DNA of 64,000 nt from Bacilli bacterium. GTDB taxonomy: Bacteria > Bacillota_I > Bacilli_A > RF39 > UBA660. The stretch lies in the NCBI GenBank assembly GCA_045636225.1, contig JAZTXB010000047.1, forward strand, positions 4,742-68,741, in the 5' to 3' direction. Position numbers and translations under genes: made by a program. Positions 34,125 to 45,620 of the stretch are shown here, in pieces; position 1 is the first letter of the stretch; the number at the start of each line of letters is the position of its first letter. The notes below the pieces were generated by a model. That model was not told the DNA's origin. It worked only from the letters and a program-made list of their open reading frames with translations, and did not search any database.

Positions 34125-35729
34125 TTATTTATAATATTCAAGTTCTATTTTACTTGGGCTAACTTCAGTTTCAATCAATATATTATTAAATCCTTGATTA
34201 AGTAGAATATCAGGTAATTCTATATCTTCTTCTTTTCGAGTATTTAAAACTTCTAAAGTACCATCTTCTAATTTTTCTATATATCTAATAACTTTTTGAT
34301 TTTTAAAATCTACATAATCACACATTTCATCTTTACACCTTAAAGGTTCTTTTATATAAATGTTAGCCCTAGAACCTTTATATGATTCATAATGTGTCGA
34401 AACATCATTTTCTTCTAACTGTATATTAGTATATATTGTCTCCACATTTATTTCATTAGGTCTTAAAATAACTACAATAATTTCACAGTTTTCTGGAGTA
34501 ATAAAATTAGTGTGAACAGTATCCGATATATATTCTCCACCTGATGTATAAAAAGCCACTCCAATACTATAAGTTTGTTCTTGGAATATAGAATACTTTG
34601 TATTAGGCTTTACCTTAAATGGAATTCCTATACCATATCCATTTCCAGTAACTTCTAATGTTATCTGCTCATTAGAAACAGAGTATGATTTAACATAGTG
34701 TGGATAATAATAATTATTCATTGTCAACCCAACATAATATTTGTTAAATTCAAAATCCCTTTTATTAGTGTTAGGTCCTCCAGATGATAAAGTTCCTAAA
34801 GTTCTAGTTTGTATATCAAATAAGTTCTTACCACTTACTTTAACTGGTATTTTATATCCATAAGGCTCGTACGATGTTACTTTATTATCTATTTCAAATT
34901 GTATATTTTTTATATAAGCATTTTCTGTTACTCCTCGATAAAGCAAAACTTTACTATCTAGCATTTCCTGGGTACATTCATATACATTACCTTTTATTAT
35001 TGATTTTTTATAAACATCAAGATAAAAATAAGTTACATTACTATTATCTCTCTCAGCATTAGTTTCAAAATTAAAAATAAATTTATCACCTACTTTTAAA
35101 TCAGGACATAAATTACTTAATTTACCTATAGAAAAACCATTTTCAAAATAATCACCCATTATAAATCCATTATAATTATCAACATATATAATTTGTTTCA
35201 TTGTTAAAAGACCCGGACTTATATTCATTATATTAAATAAATTTTTTGTTCTATGTCCTACTTCTTCTTCATTTCCATATATATTATAATCTAATAACTT
35301 TGATTCTTTTGAAGTATTTAAAATTATACTATTTCCTTCAAATACTTTTCTTACTTTATTTTTATTACATACGTGTTTATCCTGTTCTTTATAGCAATTA
35401 TATCCATTTATTACTAAATCTTCATATGTAATAGTTCCAATTTTATCTATTAGTATTTTTCCTTCAACTGAATTCTTTGAATTTATCTCTAAAATTTCTT
35501 CTCCGTTTTTACATATTCCATCATTACATTCAAATACTATGTTTTCTGCTTTTTTTTGATTAGCAAAATATAATTTTGCAGCTCTTTCTATATTTTGCAT
35601 ACTTACTACATTACTATTTTTATTAACATCATCTATTATATTTAATACTATTGGGGTTGCGATTAACGCAATGATTGCTAATATTACTATTACTGCGAGT
35701 AGTTCTATTAATGTAAAACCTTTTCTCAT
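34125..35729 (-). CDS. large prepilin-type N-terminal cleavage/methylation domain protein (534 aa)
   Basis: MRKGFTLIELLAVIVILAIIALIATP is a class III signal peptide (G|FTLIE, Glu at +5). The remaining approximately 500 aa match no recognisable family. Confidence 0.7.
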   Translation of the reverse strand: MRKGFTLIELLAVIVILAIIALIATPIVLNIIDDVNKNSNVVSMQNIERAAKLYFANQKKAENIVFECNDGICKNGEEILEINSKNSVEGKILIDKIGTITYEDLVINGYNCYKEQDKHVCNKNKVRKVFEGNSIILNTSKESKLLDYNIYGNEEEVGHRTKNLFNIMNISPGLLTMKQIIYVDNYNGFIMGDYFENGFSIGKLSNLCPDLKVGDKFIFNFETNAERDNSNVTYFYLDVYKKSIIKGNVYECTQEMLDSKVLLYRGVTENAYIKNIQFEIDNKVTSYEPYGYKIPVKVSGKNLFDIQTRTLGTLSSGGPNTNKRDFEFNKYYVGLTMNNYYYPHYVKSYSVSNEQITLEVTGNGYGIGIPFKVKPNTKYSIFQEQTYSIGVAFYTSGGEYISDTVHTNFITPENCEIIVVILRPNEINVETIYTNIQLEENDVSTHYESYKGSRANIYIKEPLRCKDEMCDYVDFKNQKVIRYIEKLEDGTLEVLNTRKEEDIELPDILLNQGFNNILIETEVSPSKIELEYYK

Positions 35730-35801
35730 TTAATCACACCCTTATCCTAATACATTATAACATTATTTGATTTTTTTGTAAATTAAAAACTAGGGGTAAC
35801 C

Positions 35802-36890
35802 CTAGTAATTATTTATAATATATTGCTTTAAAGTTTCTTTATCATTAGTAAGTAATTTATTTACTATTTTATATTCTAAATCAGTAAAAATTTCCTTTAA
35901 AAACTTTCCTGGTCTTTTATTTAATAATTCACATATTTCTTTTGCATCTATTTTTATTTCTGTTTTATTATGAATATATAAACTATTATACTTTTCATTT
36001 ATAAGTTTTTTATCTATTCCTTTTATTTCCCCTACTATAGTAGATATATATAGTCCATAATTATATAAATTATTATAATCTAATATATTTTTTTCTATTA
36101 ATTCATTAATTGCCTGTATTGATTCTTTTTCAGTGTTATTAAAAGAATATTTATCTAATACATCAAGTTGTGACCAAATACCAATCAAATAAGTTGTAGG
36201 TATTAGATTATCTAAATTTGAAAGTTCTAACGGTTCATCTAATCCCAATTCTTTAATTAAAGATATACCGTATGCTGAATTATTACTCGAAAATATTTTA
36301 TCTAATTCTTCTTTTTTTCTATAATAAGATAAAGATTTTAATAATCCACTATTCATTTTTATAGCTTCTTTTAACTCATCATCAAGTTTAAAATTAAGCG
36401 TAGTTGCAAATCTAATAGCACGAAGTATTCTTAGGGAATCTTCATATATTCTCATATTAGCATTTCCAACAGTCCTTATTATTTTATCATTTATATCTTT
36501 TTTTCCATCTAATAAATCAATAAGATTTCCACTAGAGTCTATACACATAGTATTCATAGTAAAATCTCGTCTTTTTAAATCATCTAACAAATTATTTACG
36601 TATTCTATTTCTATAGGTTTTCTATTATTTAAATATTTAATATCTTTCCTAAACGTAGTAATTTCAAAACGAATATTATTAACCATTAATGTTACTGAAC
36701 CATATTGCTCAGATGGTAACATTGTATTACCAAATATATCCTTAAGTTCCTTTGGCGTTGCACTAGTACAGATGTCAAAATCCATACTATCTCTTCCAAT
36801 ATATATATCCCTAGGATATCCCCCTACTAAATAAGCTTGATAGCCATTACTATTAATTTTTTTTAATACCTTTAAAGCTGTTTCGTTCAT
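35802..36890 (-). CDS. cca: CCA-adding tRNA nucleotidyltransferase
   Basis: GGYPRDIYIGRDSMDFDI (GGxVRD...DxD), the RRDFTMN motif and the LRAIRFA motif. Confidence 0.85.
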   Translation of the reverse strand: MNETALKVLKKINSNGYQAYLVGGYPRDIYIGRDSMDFDICTSATPKELKDIFGNTMLPSEQYGSVTLMVNNIRFEITTFRKDIKYLNNRKPIEIEYVNNLLDDLKRRDFTMNTMCIDSSGNLIDLLDGKKDINDKIIRTVGNANMRIYEDSLRILRAIRFATTLNFKLDDELKEAIKMNSGLLKSLSYYRKKEELDKIFSSNNSAYGISLIKELGLDEPLELSNLDNLIPTTYLIGIWSQLDVLDKYSFNNTEKESIQAINELIEKNILDYNNLYNYGLYISTIVGEIKGIDKKLINEKYNSLYIHNKTEIKIDAKEICELLNKRPGKFLKEIFTDLEYKIVNKLLTNDKETLKQYIINNY

Positions 36891-36898
36891 TTACTCCT

Positions 36899-38053
36899 CT
36901 ATCCTTTTATTTTTTGTTTATTATTTTCTCTACATATTTTATATGTTTGTAAAATGAAATTATTTATTTCTGGTAGTTTTTTTTCTATATCAGATAATAA
37001 TTTAAGTTGATTTCTAGCTCTTACTAAATTATGTTTATCATAGCAAGTTTTAAAATATGTATCACCATTTATATAGTCATTTAAAAATCTTAAAGCAAGT
37101 TCAAAAGTAAGTACTTTTATAGCTTCACCCATATTACAAACTTCTTCTTCTGTTAAATAAGATGCCATTTCATTTAAATATCCTTTTGTATATTCTTTAA
37201 ATAATTCTATATTTAAAGAAACTTTACTTAAATCTTTTTCATCTTCTTCTGCAGTAGCACATGTACTTCTTACTCCATCTCCATAATCATATAAATAACT
37301 TCCTGGCATAACAGTATCTAGGTCTATAACCGTTAAATAATCACCAGTATCTTTATCCATCATTACATTATTAACTTTAGTATCGTTATGTGTTACACGA
37401 GTAGGTATTGTTCCTTTTTTCAATAAATTAACAATTTTGTCTTTACATCCTTTGTTTTTTAAAATTTCTATAATTTCTTCAGAAACTTCAGATGCTCTAT
37501 CACATACATCAAGCTCTATATCAGACATAAAATCATCAAATCTTTTTTGAGTATTATGAAAGTCTGGAATTGTTGTTTCTAATTCTTCTGCATCATAATC
37601 ACTTAATAATTTTTGGAAATGTCCAAAAGCTTCCCCTACTTTATATACAACTTTCTTATCAGTTGATGAATCATATGATATAGAATTTTCTATACAATTA
37701 TAAGCTCTATAATATTGTTTTTCCCCTGTTTTTTCGTCTATTATAACAGCAAGCGATTTATTATTCTTATTTTTTATAACTGATAAGCAAGGATGAATAT
37801 TATCATCACAAAATTGACTTTTCATTTCTATAAAACTAGTTACATTTTCTATGTTTTTCATTAATTTGTAAGGTTCTTTAAATACCATTGTATTTATCTT
37901 TTGAAATATAAAACATTTTTCCGTTCCATCAAACATTTTATATTTAGCAATAAATGTCTTATTTATATTACCACTACCATGACATTTAACACTATCTTCT
38001 ATAAGTTCACCTTTTATATCAAATTGTTCACATATTTTTTTTATATCATTCAT
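36899..38053 (-). CDS. aminoglycoside-phosphotransferase-fold kinase (sugar/small-molecule kinase-like)
   Basis: Catalytic loop HNDTKVNNVMMD and Mg-binding VIDLDT. The start was moved to MNDIKK (ATG 38053, GGGGGAG RBS). Confidence 0.7.
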   Translation of the reverse strand: MNDIKKICEQFDIKGELIEDSVKCHGSGNINKTFIAKYKMFDGTEKCFIFQKINTMVFKEPYKLMKNIENVTSFIEMKSQFCDDNIHPCLSVIKNKNNKSLAVIIDEKTGEKQYYRAYNCIENSISYDSSTDKKVVYKVGEAFGHFQKLLSDYDAEELETTIPDFHNTQKRFDDFMSDIELDVCDRASEVSEEIIEILKNKGCKDKIVNLLKKGTIPTRVTHNDTKVNNVMMDKDTGDYLTVIDLDTVMPGSYLYDYGDGVRSTCATAEEDEKDLSKVSLNIELFKEYTKGYLNEMASYLTEEEVCNMGEAIKVLTFELALRFLNDYINGDTYFKTCYDKHNLVRARNQLKLLSDIEKKLPEINNFILQTYKICRENNKQKIKG

Positions 38054-38122
38054 TTTTATATCTCCCCCAGTGGACAAAGAGCCCACAAAAATATTATACC
38101 ACTTATAAATAAAAATTCAAAT

Positions 38123-38149
38123 CAAAAAAAAAGCATTAGTTTAATGCTT
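38123..38149 (-). terminator. hup terminator overlapping the stop codon
   Basis: On the minus strand, AAGCATTA-AAC-TAATGCTT is followed by T8. Confidence 0.7.
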
Positions 38150-38408
38150 CTTTTAATTTAGATCCAGCTTTTACTTTAACAGCAACTCTTGCAGGTATTT
38201 TTACAGTTTCACCAGTTCTTGGATTACGTCCACTTTTAGCTGGTTTTTTTTCTGCAGCAAAAGTACAGAAACCTGTTAAAGTTACTTTTCCATCTTCTTT
38301 TAATCCTTTTGTAACACCACCCATAAATGCATCAAGTGCACGAGTAGCGTCAGCTTTTGTTAATCCTGCTTCTTCAGCGATATAATTTACTAAATCTGTT
38401 TTTGTCAT
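38136..38408 (-). CDS. hup: DNA-binding protein HU
   Basis: 90 aa. MTKTDLV...GFCTFAAEKKPAKSGRNPRTGETVKIPA is a canonical HU arm. Confidence 0.95.
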   Translation of the reverse strand: MTKTDLVNYIAEEAGLTKADATRALDAFMGGVTKGLKEDGKVTLTGFCTFAAEKKPAKSGRNPRTGETVKIPARVAVKVKAGSKLKEALN

Positions 38409-38535
38409 TTTGACTACCTCCCTATCTAATTGCTAAGCTATCTTGCTTACAATCTAATATTATCATATCTAAAATTGCTTTGCAACATTTTTTTTAAAAA
38501 AAGTCTATTTTTTACTTATTTTTCAACAAAAAAGA

Positions 38536-39669
38536 CTATTTATTCTTCTTTAAATAGTCTTCTATCTTATTAAACTCAGATGTTTTTAAATTTGTAGCAC
38601 TTAGTTCTTCAAACAATTTCTTTTGTTTTTTATCTATTTTCTCTGGAATTATAACATTTATTACAACATACATATTACCTTTTGTCCCTAAACGTAAATC
38701 TTCTATACCTTTTCCTTTTAATCTATGTTTATCTCCGGTCTGAGCTCCTGCTTCAATAGTCAACTTTACATTTCCATATAAAGTTGGTATTTCTCTTTTA
38801 CATCCTAATACAGCTTCTGCTATTGTAATTGGAAGTTCTAAATAAATATCATTTTCTTCTCTTTCATATAATTCATGTGATTTAACTCTAAATTCTAAAT
38901 ATAAATCTCCATTAGCACCACCATTTGAACCGCTATCTCCCTTTCCAGAAAGTCTAAGTTGATTGCCGGTATCTACTCCTGCTGGAATTTTAACTTCTAA
39001 TGTTTTATTTTCTTTTACTTTGCCTGTTCCCCTGCAGTCAGAACAAACTGATGAATATGTTTTACCCTTTCCATTACAATCAGGACAAGTAGTTCTTGTC
39101 ATAAATGCACCAAATAAAGTATTTTGCTGAGATGTTACAGAACCACTACCATGGCAAGTAGAACAAGTTTTCTCACCTTTTCCACCCTTGCCATCACATT
39201 CATTACATTCTTCATATACATCAAGATTTATCTTTTTTTTGCACCCAAATACAGCTTCTTCAAAACTTAAATCAACTCTCATTAACTTATCTGCGCCACG
39301 GCGAGCCCTACTACCTCTACTAGAACTACCTCCACCGAAACCTCCAAAGTTAGAAAAACCTCCACCAAATGCAGAACCAAACAAGTCTCCAAAAATATCA
39401 CTAAAATCAAAATCAGAAAAATCAAATCCAGCTCCACCATTCATTTGATCGAATGCGGCATGACCATATTGATCATATTGTTTTCTTTTTGATTCATCAG
39501 AAAGTACAGCATATGCTTCTTGTGCTTCTTTAAATTTTTCTGCTGCATCTGGTTCTTTAGAAACATCCGGATGATATTTCTTAGCTAGTTTTCTAAAAGC
39601 ACTTTTAATTTCTTTTTCATCAGCATTTTTAGAAACACCTAGCACTTCATAATAATCTCTTTTATTCAT
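38536..39669 (-). CDS. dnaJ: co-chaperone DnaJ
   Basis: J-domain (YHPD), a G/F-rich region, and four CxxCxGxG zinc motifs ([32 protein letters not shown]). Confidence 0.95.
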   Translation of the reverse strand: MNKRDYYEVLGVSKNADEKEIKSAFRKLAKKYHPDVSKEPDAAEKFKEAQEAYAVLSDESKRKQYDQYGHAAFDQMNGGAGFDFSDFDFSDIFGDLFGSAFGGGFSNFGGFGGGSSSRGSRARRGADKLMRVDLSFEEAVFGCKKKINLDVYEECNECDGKGGKGEKTCSTCHGSGSVTSQQNTLFGAFMTRTTCPDCNGKGKTYSSVCSDCRGTGKVKENKTLEVKIPAGVDTGNQLRLSGKGDSGSNGGANGDLYLEFRVKSHELYEREENDIYLELPITIAEAVLGCKREIPTLYGNVKLTIEAGAQTGDKHRLKGKGIEDLRLGTKGNMYVVINVIIPEKIDKKQKKLFEELSATNLKTSEFNKIEDYLKKNK

Positions 39670-39676
39670 ACTTCAC

Positions 39677-41470
39677 CTACTTAATTAATTCTTTTAATTC
39701 ATTTAATTTATTCTCAAACATAGATAATGCTTCTTCTATAGGTTTAGAAGTTGTCATATCTACATCTACTTTCTTAAGTATTTCAAGTGGATAATTATTT
39801 CCTCCACTACTTAAAAAATCTAAATAATTTTCTTTTGTTTTTTTATGTCCATCAAGTATTCTACTTGCAATGGATAACGCTGCACTTAATCCAGTTGCAT
39901 ATTTATATACATAAAATGGTGTATAAAAATGTGGAATACGAGACCATTCATACCTAATTTCATCATCACTTATTACATTGTCACCATAATATAATTTATT
40001 TAAATTATAATATGTACTTGATAACTCTTCTTCTGTAATTGGAATTTCATTTTGTTCCTTTTCATGCATAATCATTTCAAATTCAGCAAACATAGTTTGT
40101 CTAAAAATAGTTGCCCTTACGGTTTCTAAAAAATCATTTAAATAAAAGATTTTTTCTTCCTTTGTTTGTGCATTCTTATACAAATAATCATTGATTAACA
40201 CTTCATTTACAGTAGAAGCTATCTCTGCTAAAAATATAGGATAATTTGAATCTACATAAGGTTGATTTTTATGTGAATAATAAGAATGCATAGAATGTCC
40301 AAGTTCATGCCCCATAGTACTTACAGCATCCATCGTATCATTATAATTTAAAAGTAAATATGGATATGAATCATAACATCCCCAAGAATACGCACCTGAC
40401 CTTTTTCCATCACTTGAATATATATCTATCCATTTTTCATCAAAGGCTTTATTTAAATCATTTAAATATTCCTCTCCTAATGGTTTTAATGCTTCAAAAA
40501 GTATTTTTTTACCTTCTTCAAAAGGAACCTTATCATTATTGTTTTTTACTAAATCAACATATATATCATACATATGAAGTTCATCTAAACGAAGCATCTT
40601 TTTTCTAATATCCATATAATCATATATTAAATTCATTTTTTCATGTACAGTATTTATTAACGTTTTATATACGCTAATATCTATATTATCACTAAACAAA
40701 CTGCTTTCAATAGTGGAACTATATTTTTTTACATTTGTAGAAAATGCATTTTCCTTTATTTCACCAACATATGAAGCAGCAAGTGTATTTTTTAATGATT
40801 TATAATAATTATACATTGCCTTAAAAGCATTTTTTCTAACTTCACGATTTGTACTTTTCATATATACTATATAATTACTAGAAGTAAGTTTTACATCTTT
40901 TCCTTCTTCATCTTTTATATAACCTAAATCAATATCAGTATTATTTATATTACTAAACACTTCAGAACAATTCCCAAATGCATTAAGTGCTTTTACATAA
41001 ATGTCTTCTTCTATTTGTGAAAGTGAATGAGGTTTATATCTATAAAAATCTTCTAAATAAAATTTATATTCATCAAGTTTTTTATTTTCTTTTATATATT
41101 CTTTAATTATCTCATAATCAGCTTGCATCATCTCAGGCTCAACAAATGAAAATTTTTCATTTAAAGATTCACTTAATTTTTCTATTTTCATTTTTAAAGC
41201 CTTATTTTTATTATCTTTAGTATCTACATCTAAATTCATTTTTGAATAAACATATAGCTTAGATAAAATGCGATCTTGTCTTTCTGTAATCTTTAAAAAA
41301 TCATATAAACTATTACTATTATCTAAAATATGACCTTTATAGTTTAATATTTCATTAGTTAATTCTTTTACATCTTCTATATCTTTTTCTATTTCTTTAG
41401 AATCTTTATACATCTTAGATAAATTCCATTTATATTCATTAGGTACTTCTTCTCTAGTCTTATATTCCAT
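39677..41470 (-). CDS. pepF: oligoendopeptidase F (M3B)
   Basis: 597 aa. HELGHSMH zinc motif and typical PepF N- and C-terminal regions. Confidence 0.9.
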   Translation of the reverse strand: MEYKTREEVPNEYKWNLSKMYKDSKEIEKDIEDVKELTNEILNYKGHILDNSNSLYDFLKITERQDRILSKLYVYSKMNLDVDTKDNKNKALKMKIEKLSESLNEKFSFVEPEMMQADYEIIKEYIKENKKLDEYKFYLEDFYRYKPHSLSQIEEDIYVKALNAFGNCSEVFSNINNTDIDLGYIKDEEGKDVKLTSSNYIVYMKSTNREVRKNAFKAMYNYYKSLKNTLAASYVGEIKENAFSTNVKKYSSTIESSLFSDNIDISVYKTLINTVHEKMNLIYDYMDIRKKMLRLDELHMYDIYVDLVKNNNDKVPFEEGKKILFEALKPLGEEYLNDLNKAFDEKWIDIYSSDGKRSGAYSWGCYDSYPYLLLNYNDTMDAVSTMGHELGHSMHSYYSHKNQPYVDSNYPIFLAEIASTVNEVLINDYLYKNAQTKEEKIFYLNDFLETVRATIFRQTMFAEFEMIMHEKEQNEIPITEEELSSTYYNLNKLYYGDNVISDDEIRYEWSRIPHFYTPFYVYKYATGLSAALSIASRILDGHKKTKENYLDFLSSGGNNYPLEILKKVDVDMTTSKPIEEALSMFENKLNELKELIK

Positions 41471-41489
41471 ATTATCTCCTTATATTAAG

Positions 41490-41514
41490 GAAGTTCTAGT
41501 TAAACTAGAACTTC
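41490..41514 (-). promoter_or_regulatory. perfect 10-12 bp stem-loop between dnaK and pepF, without a T-run on the coding strand
   Basis: GAAGTTCTAGTT-A-AACTAGAACTTC. On the minus strand it is followed by CTTAATATAAGGAG (the pepF RBS). It may be a processing, stability or attenuation element rather than a full terminator. Confidence 0.5.
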
Positions 41515-41517
41515 TTA

Positions 41518-43347
<1,830 letters not shown>

Positions 43348-43356
43348 TCACCTTTC

Positions 43357-44052
43357 CTATTCACTAACTTTAACCATTGCTGGTCTTATAACCTTATCTT
43401 TATAGATATATCCTTTCTGTAATACTTCTACTACCATACCAGATTCTACCCCTTCAACCTTCTCCATTAGTATCGCATTATGATAAACAGGATCAAACGG
43501 AACATTAATACTATCAACTGGTTTTACTTCAAAACTATTCATAACATTTTGCATATTACAATAAATCATCTTGAATCCTTCTAAAAATTTAGAAACTTCG
43601 TCATCTAGATTATTATCATCAAGTTTTATTGCTCTTTCAAAATTATCTAAAATTGGAAGAATTTGTTTAATCAAATCTTCATTACAAAATTTAAGCATCC
43701 TAGTAACTTCTTCATCTTTTCTTTTTCTATAATTAATTAAATCAGCTTTAGCTACTAAAACTTCTTCTTCTTTCTTTTTATTTTCTTCTTTTAATTTTTC
43801 TATTATTTCTTTATATTTATGTTTATCTTCTTTATATTTTTTCTTATCAAATAACTTTTGATGTTTTTCTTCATGATGATGCTCGCAGTGACATTCATGT
43901 TCTTCACACTTACAATCATCATCACATTCGCAATGATCTTCGCATGTACATTCACTACCTTCTATGCATCCACAATCATGACAAGTACATTCTTTTCCAT
44001 CTTGACATCCACATTCACATGTTTCTGTGCAATTACATTTTTTTTCTTCCAT
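43357..44052 (-). CDS. grpE: nucleotide exchange factor GrpE with approx 65 aa Cys/His-rich N-terminal extension
   Basis: The C-terminal approximately 160 aa is typical GrpE (ADLINYRKR...ILPILDNFERA...PFDPVYHNAI...GYIYKDKVIRPAMVKV). The N-terminus reads MEEKKCNCTETCECGCQDGKECTCHDCGCIEGSECTCEDHCECDDDCKCEEHECHCEHHHEEKH. Confidence 0.9.
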   Translation of the reverse strand: MEEKKCNCTETCECGCQDGKECTCHDCGCIEGSECTCEDHCECDDDCKCEEHECHCEHHHEEKHQKLFDKKKYKEDKHKYKEIIEKLKEENKKKEEEVLVAKADLINYRKRKDEEVTRMLKFCNEDLIKQILPILDNFERAIKLDDNNLDDEVSKFLEGFKMIYCNMQNVMNSFEVKPVDSINVPFDPVYHNAILMEKVEGVESGMVVEVLQKGYIYKDKVIRPAMVKVSE

Positions 44053-44065
44053 AGTTACCTCATTT

Positions 44066-45055
44066 CTACTTATTTGAAATATTATCCATTATATAATTTA
44101 GAAGTGTAATTACTCTTTCATATTCCATTCTTTTTGGTCCTATTAAAGCAATTGTACCTTCTTCACCATTTATCATGTATTTTGTTTTTATAACAGTTAC
44201 ATCATCATCAAAATTATTTTCACTACCAATATAAATATTAATTCCTTTATCTTCTTCTTTTATAGATTTAACTATTTCTTTATCTTCAAATTTACTAATT
44301 ATTTCTCTTATTTTATCAGCATCATTAAATTCTGGCTGCATCAATATATTCTTAGTTCCACTAACTTTGATATTTTCACTAGTAAAATCTGTAAATGCAT
44401 TATAAAATGCATTATATAAAACTTCATGTTGCTTTACATAATTGCTTATAATAGGTTTTACTTGATACTCTAATACTTCACTTACTAAATTAATACTAGT
44501 CCCAACAATTAATTTATTAATTAAATCAACTGTTTGTTTTATCTCAGCTGGATCAATTTTTTCAGAAATATATATATTTTTATGTTCTACATAACCTTTA
44601 TCAGTAACAATAATAGCTACTATATTATTTATATCTATTGGAATTACTTCTACTTTTTGAACTAAATTTTCACTTGACTGCTTACCTAAAACTACTGTTG
44701 TATAATGAGTAAGTTCTGATATTATTTCCATACTTTTAAGTATTACATCATTTACTACCAAAGACTTATTCTCAACTATAGTTTGAAGTCTAAGCATATC
44801 TTCTCCATTTAATTCTCTTGGTCTCATAATATTATCTACATAATATCTATAACCTTTTTCACTTGGTACTCTTCCACTTGATATGTGAGTTTTTTCTAGC
44901 AAACCAATCTCTTCTAAATAATTCATTTCAGCTCGTATTGTAGCACTTGAACAATCCAAAGACTCACATAAAGATTTAGATCCTACAGGTCTTGCATTTT
45001 TTATGTAATCTTCAACTATTAATTTGAGTAATTCTTCTTGACGTTTGCTAATCAT
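44066..45055 (-). CDS. hrcA: heat-inducible transcription repressor HrcA
   Basis: N-terminal wHTH (PVGSKSL...SSATIRAEMNYLEEIGLLEKTHISSGRVPS). The size and its position ahead of grpE-dnaK also fit. Confidence 0.9.
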   Translation of the reverse strand: MISKRQEELLKLIVEDYIKNARPVGSKSLCESLDCSSATIRAEMNYLEEIGLLEKTHISSGRVPSEKGYRYYVDNIMRPRELNGEDMLRLQTIVENKSLVVNDVILKSMEIISELTHYTTVVLGKQSSENLVQKVEVIPIDINNIVAIIVTDKGYVEHKNIYISEKIDPAEIKQTVDLINKLIVGTSINLVSEVLEYQVKPIISNYVKQHEVLYNAFYNAFTDFTSENIKVSGTKNILMQPEFNDADKIREIISKFEDKEIVKSIKEEDKGINIYIGSENNFDDDVTVIKTKYMINGEEGTIALIGPKRMEYERVITLLNYIMDNISNK

Positions 45056-45107
45056 TTTTCCACCTCACTTATATTATATAAACTTTTGATGAATTTATAA
45101 CATTTTT

Positions 45108-45134
45108 TTGGCACTATCTTTTTTTAAGTGCTAA
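45108..45134. promoter_or_regulatory. CIRCE operator 2, between the -10 box and the hrcA start
   Basis: On the minus strand it reads TTAGCACTT-N9-TAGTGCCAA, against the consensus TTAGCACTC-N9-GAGTGCTAA. Confidence 0.75.
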
Positions 45135-45138
45135 ATAA

Positions 45139-45167
45139 AGTATATCACTCAAAATTAGCACTGTCAA
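45139..45167 (-). promoter_or_regulatory. hrcA operon sigma-A promoter
   Basis: On the minus strand: TTGACA (45167-45162), a 17 nt spacer, then TATACT (45144-45139). Confidence 0.65.
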
Positions 45168-45182
45168 GTATATAAGTGCTAA
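45155..45182. promoter_or_regulatory. CIRCE-like operator 1, overlapping the -35 box
   Basis: TTAGCACT-N12-AGTGCTAA. Both 8 nt arms are perfect, but the spacing is one nt longer than consensus. Confidence 0.6.
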
Positions 45183-45206
45183 TTTTTATTTTTTCATTTA
45201 CATTAC

Positions 45207-45229
45207 AAAAAAAGAATCAATTATGATTC
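45207..45229 (-). terminator. terminator ending the long upstream operon
   Basis: On the minus strand, GAATCA-TAAT-TGATTC is followed by TTTTTTTG, just after the lipoprotein gene stop. Confidence 0.65.
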
Positions 45230-45239
45230 CCTTTATAAG

Positions 45240-45575
45240 CTATTTACATTTATATTCATAACTTTCATATTTCTGTTTTATAGATTTTTCATCACCATCT
45301 ATATTTATTTCATCTATAATTTCGGATATTATTACATTCTTTTCTAATCTCAAATTATATTGTTCCTTATATTCTTCTATTTCTTTATAATAATTACTTG
45401 CGCTTATACTATCATTAAAAATCATTTTGTCTACCTGTATTAACGTGTCTTCATCAAAATTAAACACTATTTTATTATTTATTTTTATATCTTCATATTC
45501 TGTTTTATAATTACAAGTAAGCGTATTTGAACAACCACATAAAAACAATAATAATACTAATATTGCTTTTTTCAT
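45240..45575 (-). CDS. small lipoprotein (111 aa)
   Basis: The lipobox LLLFLCGCSN follows a basic N-terminus. This is the last gene of the F1-like operon. Confidence 0.65.
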   Translation of the reverse strand: MKKAILVLLLFLCGCSNTLTCNYKTEYEDIKINNKIVFNFDEDTLIQVDKMIFNDSISASNYYKEIEEYKEQYNLRLEKNVIISEIIDEINIDGDEKSIKQKYESYEYKCK

Positions 45576-45620
45576 TTTATCACCAATTAATAGTATGAAA
45601 AAAGTGCTAATAAATTAACA

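Noticed and set aside
43855-44052. The Cys-rich stretch as a separate small metallothionein gene, or as a frameshift artefact fused to grpE
   Set aside because: The reading frame is continuous, with no stop codon and no internal RBS-ATG pair at the junction. I keep it as an N-terminal extension but flag the need for experimental confirmation of the start.
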